Position numbers and translations under genes: made by a program. The notes beneath the pieces are model-generated. The model was not told the DNA's origin. It made no database searches and saw nothing but the letters and a program-made list of their open reading frames with translations. A stretch of 64,000 nucleotides of DNA from Truepera sp. GTDB taxonomy: Bacteria > Deinococcota > Deinococci > Deinococcales > Trueperaceae. Positions within the stretch are counted from its first letter, which is position 1. Every line of letters begins with the position of its first letter. Location of the stretch: assembly GCA_965218435.1 (NCBI GenBank), contig CBDCKW010000009.1, forward strand, positions 2,496,001 through 2,560,000. Direction: 5' to 3'. Below, in pieces: positions 31,608 through 41,444 of this stretch.

Positions 31608-33836
31608 TTAACGCCGGTAGACGCCGAACTCGTACAAAGCGTAACCGTAGCTGCTCCCGCGCACTGTCCCTTCTAAACGGACGTAGCGGCCCGAAGCGTT
31701 GACGTCAACGTCGTCCGTATTCCCATCACCGGTCGTTGTCTCGTAAACGGTTCGCCAGCTGTTCCCGTCGTCGGAGACCCCAATCTTGTAGGCTTTGCCG
31801 TAGGCCGTCTCCCAGACGAGCTGAACGTGGTTAAACGCTTGAACCGAGCCTAAGTCAACTTGAAGCCACTGCGGGTCGCTCCACTCACTGCCCCAATTGG
31901 TCGCGGCGTTGCCGTCGGTCGCGTAACGCGGGAAAAAGGTCTTGCCGTTATATTCGGGCTGGTACGACGAAGCGGTTGTGGGTTTATTGAGCGCGAGGTT
32001 GATACCTGTGACGGAGGGGGCGACAACGCGTAGTGAGCGGGTCTCGACGCCGATATTGCCGTTGCCGTCTCGAGCGTACAAGTAGACCTTCCACACGCCG
32101 AGCTGCTGCGGCGCGGTGACCGTCCACGAGCCCACATTGCCGCTAAAGTTTGCCGAGATGATGCCGCCCGCGCCGTTGATGTATTTGCTGTTGTAACCCA
32201 TCGTATAGCTGATGGGGTCACCGTTAGGGTCGCTGACATTGGCCGAGAGGGTAAAGGTGCCGCCCGCCGGAACCGCCGTGCTGTTGCTCAGCGTCATGTT
32301 CGAGATGACCGGGGGCGTGTTGGTGGCCGGTGCGCCGCCGTACAGCTTACGCACCGCGTAGTACGACAGCCGCTTTTCACCGTTGGGAATCAGGTTAAAC
32401 CAGACGCCGCCGAAGTCACCTTCAATGCCGTAGTTAAAGAACGTCGCGCCGAGCGCCACCCCTTGATGACCGGTAATGCAGTTCCAAGCGCGGGTATAGC
32501 CCTGAGCCTTTTCAACGTCGGTCGGTTCTTTCGGAACGCCGTTTTCATCGTTGGGAACTTCCCACTCCCCGGCGGGGCCGCCTTCGGTAACGATATAAGG
32601 CTTCGTGTAGCCGCCGCTGAGCCAGTTTTGCTTAACGTCGCACACGGCGTTGTAGGCGTTGACCGCGTAGAGGTCCAAGTCGGGCGCGTTCGCCTTGAGA
32701 TATTTCCACGCGCCGGTCCAGGCGTCGGTGTTGGTCACCGGGTGGTTCGGGTCAATTGCGTGAACGGCCTTGGCCGCCTCATTGACAAACGCCGCGTAAG
32801 CGTTGCGCTGCGTTTCTAACTCGCCGCCCGAATAGCAATTTTGAAAGCCTAAGATAGACTCGTTGCCGATGTTCCACATCAACACGCCTTTGTGGGTTTT
32901 GTATTCACCTACCCAACGTTTGATGTTAGCCAACTCGTTCGCTTTATAGGCTGCGTCGGTAGCGTAGTTCGGGCAACCGCCGCTGCCGGGGCCGCCGCCG
33001 GGTTGCAACCAAAAGCCTGCAATGACCTTGATACCGTTCGCAGCCGCCGCGTCGAACAGCGTTTGGCTGCTGGCGTCCGTACCCCAGGTGCGAACCGTGT
33101 TGACGCCCATCTGTTTGAGGTCGGGCATCCGCTGCGCCGCTTCGGACACGGGCGGTCCCCAGGTGAGACCTTTAACGACGTAGGGTTGACCGTCTACCGA
33201 GAGCTGCCAGTTGCCTTGACTCCCGATGATTCGGGCGATACCGGGTCCCGTGGGTCCGGTTGCGGGCGGCGTGGTCGGTGGCGGCGTGACGCTGCCGCCA
33301 CCCGTAAAGACCCTGAACTCAAAAAGCGAGTAGCCGTAACCCGTGCCCCGCGCCGTACCGTACATACGGACGTACCGACCGGTCCCGCTGACGTTTAACG
33401 TTTGGCTGCCGCCTTTACCTGCAGTTTCAGTATAAATTGGCGTCCAATTCGCGCCGTTGTCCGAAACTTGGATTTCAAACGCTTTACCGTACGCGGCGTC
33501 TCTCTCCCACTCGAGCACCACCTGACAGATATTTTGCGTACTGCCCAGGTCTACCTGAAGCCACTGCGGGTCGCTACGCCCACTCGACCAACGCGTGTTC
33601 ATGTCGCCGTCAAAGGCAAACTTAGCTCCTAAATAGTCCGGGTTCTCCGTTGTCAAAGCTTTCGCAGGCTGACCCTGCGCCACGTTGGTGGTGCCGCACG
33701 CGGCGGTGGCAGCGAGGTTTTGCTCGGGTTGCAACATATTACACGCGCTGACTGCGAGCGTCAGTCCGGCGACGAGGGCAAGAAGTTTAGCTCTTCCCCG
33801 CTGACGGAGCCGACCGGTATAGGCGTCTGATGGCAT
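31608..33836 (-). CDS. Lipoprotein: CBM32 - clan GH-A (GH2-like, possibly GH157/158) TIM barrel - Ig-like - CBM32
   Basis: Lipobox AVSAC; discoidin motifs; WNIGNE and VTEGG catalytic-type glutamates. Confidence 0.8.
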   Translation of the reverse strand: MPSDAYTGRLRQRGRAKLLALVAGLTLAVSACNMLQPEQNLAATAACGTTNVAQGQPAKALTTENPDYLGAKFAFDGDMNTRWSSGRSDPQWLQVDLGSTQNICQVVLEWERDAAYGKAFEIQVSDNGANWTPIYTETAGKGGSQTLNVSGTGRYVRMYGTARGTGYGYSLFEFRVFTGGGSVTPPPTTPPATGPTGPGIARIIGSQGNWQLSVDGQPYVVKGLTWGPPVSEAAQRMPDLKQMGVNTVRTWGTDASSQTLFDAAAANGIKVIAGFWLQPGGGPGSGGCPNYATDAAYKANELANIKRWVGEYKTHKGVLMWNIGNESILGFQNCYSGGELETQRNAYAAFVNEAAKAVHAIDPNHPVTNTDAWTGAWKYLKANAPDLDLYAVNAYNAVCDVKQNWLSGGYTKPYIVTEGGPAGEWEVPNDENGVPKEPTDVEKAQGYTRAWNCITGHQGVALGATFFNYGIEGDFGGVWFNLIPNGEKRLSYYAVRKLYGGAPATNTPPVISNMTLSNSTAVPAGGTFTLSANVSDPNGDPISYTMGYNSKYINGAGGIISANFSGNVGSWTVTAPQQLGVWKVYLYARDGNGNIGVETRSLRVVAPSVTGINLALNKPTTASSYQPEYNGKTFFPRYATDGNAATNWGSEWSDPQWLQVDLGSVQAFNHVQLVWETAYGKAYKIGVSDDGNSWRTVYETTTGDGNTDDVDVNASGRYVRLEGTVRGSSYGYALYEFGVYRR

Positions 33837-33943
33837 AAAATCCTTTCTTCATATTGGGTTGTGAGCTGTGCGGCAGTTTGCGCTACCGCACGGCAGGTGG
33901 CATAGGTCGGTGTGCTACGTTTTGGTATGGTTTACGGCACGGT

Positions 33944-35407
33944 TTACGGCAGCCGGTAATTCGCGTCTAAAGCTGCGCCCGCCTCGGGGTGTGCTTCGTC
34001 ATAGCCACGGGCGTTACACTGCAAGCCGCCGACGATACACTGGTCTACGAGCGCCTTAAGCGTCGCCGGGTCCCAAGCGTTATAAAAGTCGTAGTGAAAC
34101 GAGTAGCCGCGGCCACTTGCCAAGCGAACCCTTGAGGTATCGCCGCTCGCGGGGAAGGCCATTTTGAACTCGAGCATCGGTACCGCGACCGGGTGCGACG
34201 CGGTGCAGCGGCCGTCTACCGGATAGGCCATATGGCTTTTGTGGTCGGGGGAGTCTAGATGCAGGCCGTCCCAGCAGCTCGGCGCTTGGTAGCGCACGTT
34301 AAGCTGTGACCCAGGCGGGCAGTAGGCGGGGAAGTCGGCGTTATGGTACGACTCGCCGCACTCCCAACCTTCAAACGACCCCGCTAAAAACTCCGCCGGG
34401 GTTGCCATCATGTCGCCGACGATAAAACGCAGACCCGGCGGGAAAGGGCGGACGCTGGTGTAGTCCAACACGCCCGTTTTATAGTAGATCACCTGTTTGC
34501 CGATGGGTAAAACCTGCGCGTCGCCGTTATACATCGTCGGCATCCAGTAGGCCGACTTGTCACCGGGGGCGAGACAAGAGGTGCCGCCTGCTTGCAGCGA
34601 CGCCAGCGTGGTACCCGCGTTCGTCGTTGCGTTGCCTAAAAAGGTGTGCATGTGCGACGCGCCCGGCTTCCCAAAGTAGACGATAGGGTCGTCGGGTAGG
34701 GTGCTGCGGCTGACCGAGCAGTTCGCTTGGAACTCGTGAAAATAGCGGTGGGGCGGGGTCGCACTTGACGGGACGACGCCGGTTACGGGTGGGTTTGCAG
34801 GAACATACGTGCCTTCGGGCATACCTGGCATACCGCCCGAAGTAGCTTCACCGTACACTTCAAACTCGAAGAGCGAGTAGCCGTAACCGGTGCCACGTTT
34901 TTGACCGGAGAGTCGGACGTACTTACCCGAACCGCTGACCGCTAAGGTTTCGTTGCCGCCCTTGCCCTGGGTCGTCTCGTAAATACGTGTCCAGGTGGTC
35001 CCATCGTCTGAGGTCTCGAGCCTAAAGGCTTGACCGTAAGCAGTTTCCCACTTGAGCACAACTTGGCAGAGGGGTTTTGAGCCGCCCAAATTGACCTGTA
35101 TCCACTGATTGTCGCTGGGCTTGCTCGACCACCGGGTATTCGCGTTACCGTCAAAAGCCGCCGCCGCAACAAAGGTGTCGTTTTCCGTTGACGAAGCTGC
35201 TGCCGGACGACCTTTAGCGAGGTTGACGCTGCTACACGCGGCGGTCGTCTTAAGCTGAGGCGTCGCTGCATTCGGCGCGTCCACAGTGTTACACGCGCCG
35301 AGAAACACCAGCACCCCAGCAGCGAGCGTCGCAGCGAGTGAGCGCCCCTTGAGGCACACTTTAGCCGTAGTAGCAAGGGAAGGCGTACAGCTCTTTTGAT
35401 CTCTCAT
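33944..35407 (-). CDS. Lipoprotein: CBM32 + DUF1996
   Basis: Lipobox FLGAC; DPIV..G...SHMHTF, DKSAYW, PSCWDG, DHKSHMAY and HYDFYNAW motifs. Confidence 0.85.
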   Translation of the reverse strand: MRDQKSCTPSLATTAKVCLKGRSLAATLAAGVLVFLGACNTVDAPNAATPQLKTTAACSSVNLAKGRPAAASSTENDTFVAAAAFDGNANTRWSSKPSDNQWIQVNLGGSKPLCQVVLKWETAYGQAFRLETSDDGTTWTRIYETTQGKGGNETLAVSGSGKYVRLSGQKRGTGYGYSLFEFEVYGEATSGGMPGMPEGTYVPANPPVTGVVPSSATPPHRYFHEFQANCSVSRSTLPDDPIVYFGKPGASHMHTFLGNATTNAGTTLASLQAGGTSCLAPGDKSAYWMPTMYNGDAQVLPIGKQVIYYKTGVLDYTSVRPFPPGLRFIVGDMMATPAEFLAGSFEGWECGESYHNADFPAYCPPGSQLNVRYQAPSCWDGLHLDSPDHKSHMAYPVDGRCTASHPVAVPMLEFKMAFPASGDTSRVRLASGRGYSFHYDFYNAWDPATLKALVDQCIVGGLQCNARGYDEAHPEAGAALDANYRLP

Positions 35408-35678
35408 GAAGTATCCTTTCAAGCTAACTCACACTTTTTTAATAGTTAAGCACTACGTCCGGGCTGTGTTCAGAAAGGGGTTTGTTGTAGCGCGCGGTCT
35501 GTTCTAACAGACCGCGCCGAACGTTAGCGGTGGTTGACCCGGTAGCTCGGCCAAGAGGCCTTTACCAGTACGTCGTCACCATTGACCACAAAGCCGGTAC
35601 CGGCAGTGGTGACGCTTGGTCCGGCCAGCGAACAAGCTTTACTTACGGGTTACCTAGAAGAGAAGTGCTGGGCATGGT

Positions 35679-37043
35679 TTATCCACCGGTGGTAAAAACT
35701 TGAAACTCGTAGAGCGAGTAGCCGTAGCCGATGCCCCGCTGGGTGCCGAGCATCCGGATGTAGCGGCCGGAAGCGTTGAGCGTCGGTGTGACGTTCTGGG
35801 TGCCGCCCGTACCCGTCGTAGTTTCGTAGATTTTAGTCCAGCTGGTTTGGTCGTTTGAGACCTCGAGCCTGAAGGCTTTGCCGTAAGCCCTCTCCCACTG
35901 CAGCGTTACCTTGCAAACGGTTTGGCTGCTGCCGAGGTCCACTTGCACCCACTCGGGATCGTGGTCCCACACGCTGGCCCAGCGTGTGCCGCCGTTGCCG
36001 TCAAAGGCCGCGCTCGCGGGCGTGCCGCCGTTCTCAGTCGAGGAGGCCTTGGCGGGCTTGTTCAGCGCCACGTTCGTCGCGCCGCAGGCAGTGCCGCTTC
36101 CCGTGCCGCCTCCACCAGTTGCCGCGCCGGTGAAGGGCAACGATAAGTAGTACTGGCCCAACTCGGTCAGCTGACCGCTCGCTCCTAGCAAGCTGCTGTA
36201 GTGCGTGTCGTTATTCCAGCGTCCCGTAAACCAGGCGTAGCGGAATACGTCGCTGCGGGCCTCGAGCGTAGCGACCATGTCGGCCATCTGCGCCTTTTGC
36301 TTGGCGACGCTGTCAATTTGGGCACTGCCGTCGCCGTTATGCCAGTTGGCGAACTCGGTCACCCAGAAGGGCTTGCCGTATTTTTTGAGACGGTCGAGCT
36401 GAGCGGGCAGCCCGTAGTCGTACCAGTGAAAAGCGAGGTAGTCAATCTGTGGGTCGCGGTTGCCATTTCTGCTCCGGTAGGCCGCGTAGAAAGCGTCTAA
36501 CCACGCCACCGGGTCGCTGTAGCCGGCCATGGTACCCCAAGTGACCTGCGGCCCCACGATTTTTACACCGGTGTCGCGGGCCACCTGCTCGTAGCGGGGC
36601 CAGATGTCAGCAGCCTGATTAGGGGTGATGTTGGAGCCGCCCACGTCAGACGTTAGGCTGGGCTCATTCATTACCAGCAGGTACTTAGCCTGCGGATTGG
36701 CGCGAATGCGGCTTTCTACGTCGTCGGTGTTGAAGCTACCATTCCAGATCATCGGCACGAAATCCATGCCGTAGCGCGCGTTGTAGTCGCCGGGCACACC
36801 GCCGTTCACGCTGGGGCTCCAGTTGTACCACCAGCTCACGCCGGGGGCGAGCGCGGTCATGTCGGCACCGCTTGCAAGATCGTAGGCGATACCGCGTTTG
36901 AAGCTTTTAGCCTGTGCCGCTTGGGGCTGGACAGTCTGGCGTTGGTCGACTGGGGGCGTGCTCGCCAAGTTGCGCTGCTGCCCGCAACCGCTCAAGATAA
37001 AGGCAAGACATACTGTTAGTGCCACTGCTTTTTTGTAAACCAT
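35679..37043 (-). CDS. Lipoprotein: GH128 endo-beta-1,3-glucanase + CBM32
   Basis: Lipobox LSGC; KRGIAY, WWYNW, NEP, HWY, WVTEF and RYAWF motifs. Confidence 0.88.
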   Translation of the reverse strand: MVYKKAVALTVCLAFILSGCGQQRNLASTPPVDQRQTVQPQAAQAKSFKRGIAYDLASGADMTALAPGVSWWYNWSPSVNGGVPGDYNARYGMDFVPMIWNGSFNTDDVESRIRANPQAKYLLVMNEPSLTSDVGGSNITPNQAADIWPRYEQVARDTGVKIVGPQVTWGTMAGYSDPVAWLDAFYAAYRSRNGNRDPQIDYLAFHWYDYGLPAQLDRLKKYGKPFWVTEFANWHNGDGSAQIDSVAKQKAQMADMVATLEARSDVFRYAWFTGRWNNDTHYSSLLGASGQLTELGQYYLSLPFTGAATGGGGTGSGTACGATNVALNKPAKASSTENGGTPASAAFDGNGGTRWASVWDHDPEWVQVDLGSSQTVCKVTLQWERAYGKAFRLEVSNDQTSWTKIYETTTGTGGTQNVTPTLNASGRYIRMLGTQRGIGYGYSLYEFQVFTTGG

Positions 37044-37108
37044 CTAGACCTCCTTGTCTTCCACCACGAGCATACAGTGCGGCCTGCTAGCAGGCCGCAC
37101 GCTTGAGG

Positions 37109-39766
37109 TTAGGGGTAGTCGACCAGATAGCTCGGTGAGGTGTTGGTACCCGGAATGGGCACGGCTGCCCCGGTGTTGTTGATGATGTGATCGATGGTGC
37201 CCTTGTTATTGAGCGATACCGTCACCAGGTCGTGGAACTTCACACCGGACGTGTCGGGCACCTCGAAAGCGCGGGCGGAGTGAATAGTCGGGTCGACGTT
37301 GGTGTAGATGTAGCTGCCTAGACCCCACGCCTCGTGGCTGGTCACGCCGTTCGCCACCTTGTAGGCCGCGTAGCCCGGCACGCCGTCGTGCTGCCAAGCG
37401 GCCTGGTTCGGCGGGTCGTAGGGCATCTCATTTTGGAAGAAGATGGTCTTGCCACCCTGCCCGTTCCAGATCACCTCGTATTTTTGGTAGTGCTCGACGA
37501 ACAGACCGGTCGCCAACACGTTGTTGCCGTTGACGACCAGCCCGGTGTCGGCGGTGTTGATGGTCCAGCCGGTGGGCACGTTGCCGTGGTCGGCTCGCCA
37601 GGCCCAGATGTGGTCGATGATCGTGTTGTCGCTGTTGACGATCAGGCTGTTGGTCGCCTTGCCGGCAGAGGCACCGCCGATGCGGAAGAATACGTCCTGA
37701 ATGGTGGTCGGGTTGGCCGCGTGGTTCACGTGCGACCCGGCCGTGCCTACGGTCAAGAGCGTCTTGCTGTTGACCGTACCCGCGTCGAACAAGAAGCCGG
37801 CCAGTTTTACGCCGTCCACGTCGGCCACCGTCATGCCGTCCACGCCGTTATCGGGAATGAGGGTAGGGTAGCCGATCCCGAGAACGACGGTATTAGGTCG
37901 GGTCACCTTGAGGGTTTCGCTGAGGTGGTACACGCCGGGGGTGAAGAAGAGGTTGAGGCCCTGCGCCAGCGCCGCGTTGAGGGTCTCGGTCTTGTCGCCC
38001 GGTTTCGCGACGTAGAACTGGCTCATGGGGACGCTGGTGCCAGGGGTGTTGGGCCAGCTGGGGCCGCTGACGTTAGTTCTCAGCGCGGGCGTGAAGACCG
38101 CGTACTTGCCGTCTTGAAAGTACAAGAAGGGCTTTTCGCGCGACACCGGGGTGGTCGCCAGCACGGTGTGTGAGGGGTTCGGGAAGTGCTGCGGCGGGGC
38201 ACCCTGCACGCCGGAGAACACCATGTTCCACACCGAGCCGTCCCAACTGCCAAAGCTGCTGTCGCGCGAGTACCACTGCTGCTGCGAGACCGATTTGACG
38301 CTGCCGATCACCACGCTGTCGGCGATGTAGCCGCCGCTGGCATACCGGTTGCTGGCGGGAGCTAAGTCCAGGCCGCCCCGCACGAACATGCGGCGGAAGG
38401 GGGCAGCCTGCGCCACCGCCCAGCGGTCGCGGCCCCCGCTCAGGCTGAGGTTGATGGTGAAGTTCTCAGCGCTGCGCCAGAAGTTCGTCGTGGCATTGCC
38501 CGTGCCGTCAAAGGAGTCCACTGTGACCGCGCCGTTGATAGTCGTGCCGGTCGGGTCCTGGCTCAGGCCGGCAATGGAGGTATAGTAGCCGATGTTAGCG
38601 TAAACGTTGTTGTATTCGCCCGGCTTGAACAGCAGGGCGTCGCGGCGCGAGCCGAACTGGTTGAGTTTTTGCGCCTCGAATACCGAGTTAAGCTTGGCCT
38701 GAATGGTATCCGTGGTCATGCTCGAATCGAAAATCGTCACGTTCGGCCCAAAGTCGGGCGTGTCGGAGGTGGGCAGGGTTGTGGGTGGTGGTGTGGTGCC
38801 GCCGCCCGTAGCTGCGCCGGTGAAGACCTGAAACTCGTAGAGGGAGTAGCCGTAGCCGGTGTTGCGGGTCAGCCCCTGCATACGGACGTACTGCCCGCTG
38901 GCGCTCAGCGAGACCGTCTGCGTGCCGTCGGTGCCGCTCAAGACGCCGGTCGCCGGGGTGAAGTTGACGCCGTCGTTCGAGACTTGAATCTGGAAGGTCG
39001 CCGCGCGCGCCGTCTCCCACTGGAGGGTGACACCGCAAATCTGCTGCACGCTGCCGAGGTTCACCTGCACCCACTGCGGGTCACTGGGGCTACTGGCCCA
39101 GCGGGTGTTGTTGTTGCCATCAAAGGCCAGCTTGGCCCCCAGGTAGTCCGGGTTCTCGGTCGAGGAGGCGCTAGCGGGTTTATTCAGCGCCGCATTAGCT
39201 GTACCACAGGTCGTGCTACCCGTTCCACCTCCGGTCCCGCCCCCGGTATCGGTGCTGCCGAAAACCTCAAACTCAAAGAGTGAGTAGCCGTAGTCGCCCG
39301 GACGCTGCGTGCCGTACATCCGCACGTACCGGCCGCTGCCGTTTACGCTCAGCGTTTGAGTGTTGCCCGTACCGGTAGTCGTGCTGTAAACCGGCGTCCA
39401 AGTGTTACCATCATTTGATACTTGAATCTCGAAAGCTTTGCCGTAAGCGGCTTCCCATCTGAGCGTTACGCCGCAGATACTCTGGACGCTGCCTAAATCT
39501 ACTTGCAACCACTGCGGGTCAGCTTTGGGCACGCTGGCCCAGCGGGTAGTGCGGTCGCCGTCAACGGCTTGACCTGCGCCCAGGTAGCCCGCATTCTCGG
39601 TTGAAGAGGCGGTGGCGGTTTTGCCCTGTGCGAGGTTCACTGTGCCGCAAGTAGCAGCCGTAGCCAAAGGCGAGTCGCCGGGAGTGAGCGTGCTACACGC
39701 GCTTATCAGCAGTGTCAGCCCGGCACACAGAGCCAGAAGCCGATTTCTGGACGGGGTTTTAAGCAT
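37109..39766 (-). CDS. Lipoprotein: 2x CBM32 + bacterial GH55 exo-beta-1,3-glucanase
   Basis: Lipobox ISAC; PDFGPNV, NFWRSAEN, QQQWYSRDS, WAWRADH and FQNEMPYD motifs; start at MLKTP. Confidence 0.88.
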   Translation of the reverse strand: MLKTPSRNRLLALCAGLTLLISACSTLTPGDSPLATAATCGTVNLAQGKTATASSTENAGYLGAGQAVDGDRTTRWASVPKADPQWLQVDLGSVQSICGVTLRWEAAYGKAFEIQVSNDGNTWTPVYSTTTGTGNTQTLSVNGSGRYVRMYGTQRPGDYGYSLFEFEVFGSTDTGGGTGGGTGSTTCGTANAALNKPASASSTENPDYLGAKLAFDGNNNTRWASSPSDPQWVQVNLGSVQQICGVTLQWETARAATFQIQVSNDGVNFTPATGVLSGTDGTQTVSLSASGQYVRMQGLTRNTGYGYSLYEFQVFTGAATGGGTTPPPTTLPTSDTPDFGPNVTIFDSSMTTDTIQAKLNSVFEAQKLNQFGSRRDALLFKPGEYNNVYANIGYYTSIAGLSQDPTGTTINGAVTVDSFDGTGNATTNFWRSAENFTINLSLSGGRDRWAVAQAAPFRRMFVRGGLDLAPASNRYASGGYIADSVVIGSVKSVSQQQWYSRDSSFGSWDGSVWNMVFSGVQGAPPQHFPNPSHTVLATTPVSREKPFLYFQDGKYAVFTPALRTNVSGPSWPNTPGTSVPMSQFYVAKPGDKTETLNAALAQGLNLFFTPGVYHLSETLKVTRPNTVVLGIGYPTLIPDNGVDGMTVADVDGVKLAGFLFDAGTVNSKTLLTVGTAGSHVNHAANPTTIQDVFFRIGGASAGKATNSLIVNSDNTIIDHIWAWRADHGNVPTGWTINTADTGLVVNGNNVLATGLFVEHYQKYEVIWNGQGGKTIFFQNEMPYDPPNQAAWQHDGVPGYAAYKVANGVTSHEAWGLGSYIYTNVDPTIHSARAFEVPDTSGVKFHDLVTVSLNNKGTIDHIINNTGAAVPIPGTNTSPSYLVDYP

Positions 39767-40031
39767 GGGTTCGTCCCTTCTTGAAATGTGGTGATGTTTG
39801 GGTGACGCTCGAGCCTTAACCTTTGGGCTCACCGTCCGGCGCTAAGCCTAGGGCGTCTCGAGCTGCGCTGTATCAGGGCCGGCTAAAATCAGGGTCGGCT
39901 AAATAGTAGACTTAAGCCGCTACCGCTCGTATAAAAGACAGTGGTCCCCCTTCCACATCTAAGCTGGTAATGCTTAGGTCCCCCGGTGTATGACGTTTAG
40001 CAAAAAGGGAATACGTTTTAGATGCGTTGTT

Positions 40032-40066
40032 ACCCTAGCAAAATACCTTCACTTTGTCAAGTGAAG
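40032..40066 (-). promoter_or_regulatory. Promoter of the glucanase operon with a palindromic operator over the -35 box
   Basis: Minus strand TTGACA-17 nt-TAGGGT with extended TG; inverted repeat CTTCACTT-N4-AAGTGAAG at 40047-40066. Confidence 0.75.
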
Positions 40067-40190
40067 CTTTACGGCTCAACTTTCATCACACGGTATACTG
40101 TTTTTAAGTTTTTAAGTGCTCGTCCTAACTGTCACTTCACAAACTTTTCATGTCTTCGGCAAACTGTTCGTCTATTCGCTAGGATAGAGT

Positions 40191-41444
40191 ATGCGTTCAC
40201 AAAAAGTTGACCAGGGTGCGGCCAGAGCGATGAACCGGCGGCTTATCTTAGACGAACTTCGCCGCAGCGGACCACTTAGCCGTACCCGTATCGCAGCCCA
40301 GACCGGGCTCAGTCCCGCCTCGATCACCATCGTGACGAGTGCGCTGCTCGCTGAAGGGCTCCTAGTCGAACATCCTGAACTCGCCTCACAGCTCCCGCGT
40401 AATCCGGTGCCGCTGGGTATCAACTACGCGGGCCACCAAGCCATCGGGATGAAGCTGCTCGACGATGAGCTTCAGGCCGTGCTGACCGACCTGGCGCTTA
40501 ATATCGTCTCACGGACCACGGTTAAGCTCGAGTCGAGCCAACCTAAAGCTGTTGTTAAGGCCGCTGAGCAGGCAAAAGAAAAGCTTTTAGCCCTCCCTGG
40601 CCCCAACCGACTTATCGGCGTCGGCTTGGGACTTTCCGGCCTGATCGATACGGAGCACGGCGTTTGCGTCGAATCACACCGCACCGAGTGGCGTAACGTC
40701 CCGCTCGGCGCACTGTTATACACACGCCTCGGCGTGCCGGTCTGGATTGACAACGACGTCAACGCCTTTGCCACCGCCGAACGCCTGGTCGGGCAAGCGC
40801 GGCAAACGAGCACCTTTATCGTCGTAACCCTGGGACGCGGCATCGGCGCGGCGCTGGTGCTCGACGGGCGGCTCTTTCGCGGCGCACGGGGCGGCGCGGG
40901 CGAACTCGGCCATACGCTCTCGCAGCGGAATGGCCGTTTGTGCGAGTGCGGGATGAGAGGCTGCCTAGAAGCGTACGTCTCGAGCCCCAACCTCGTCGCA
41001 CAATTTAACGAACGTACCGACGAACACACTGATGAACACGCAGGTAAACACACAAGTGAAGCCGACGCTTACGGCCCCATTACCCACGCCGAAGCACTCG
41101 CTGAACTTGCGGCCCACGGCGACGCGCACGCCGAGGCCCTCCTCCAAGACGCCGGCGAAAGGCTTGGCGAAGGCGTCGCCGACCTTGCCAACTTGTTCGA
41201 CCCGGATTTGATTATCCTCGGCGGGGAGGGTGTCGCGCTCGGTCAGACGCTGCTCAGCGCGGTGCGGCTGGCGTTTGAGCGCCGCAGACTCCTCAAAACA
41301 GTACCCGTAAAGTTTTTGGTAGACAACTGGGGTGACGATACCTGGGCGCGTGGCGCGGCGGGGCTGGTAGTCGAACAGTTTTTTGAGGGCTCGGCAACCC
41401 TAACCGAAGAAGCCAGCGGGTCGGGCTTTGACGTAAGCCGCTGA
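40191..41444 (+). CDS. ROK family transcriptional repressor
   Basis: N-terminal HTH, DNDVN, GELGH, C-x-CG-x2-GCLE; TAGGAT-5 nt-ATG. Confidence 0.95.
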   Translation: MRSQKVDQGAARAMNRRLILDELRRSGPLSRTRIAAQTGLSPASITIVTSALLAEGLLVEHPELASQLPRNPVPLGINYAGHQAIGMKLLDDELQAVLTDLALNIVSRTTVKLESSQPKAVVKAAEQAKEKLLALPGPNRLIGVGLGLSGLIDTEHGVCVESHRTEWRNVPLGALLYTRLGVPVWIDNDVNAFATAERLVGQARQTSTFIVVTLGRGIGAALVLDGRLFRGARGGAGELGHTLSQRNGRLCECGMRGCLEAYVSSPNLVAQFNERTDEHTDEHAGKHTSEADAYGPITHAEALAELAAHGDAHAEALLQDAGERLGEGVADLANLFDPDLIILGGEGVALGQTLLSAVRLAFERRRLLKTVPVKFLVDNWGDDTWARGAAGLVVEQFFEGSATLTEEASGSGFDVSR

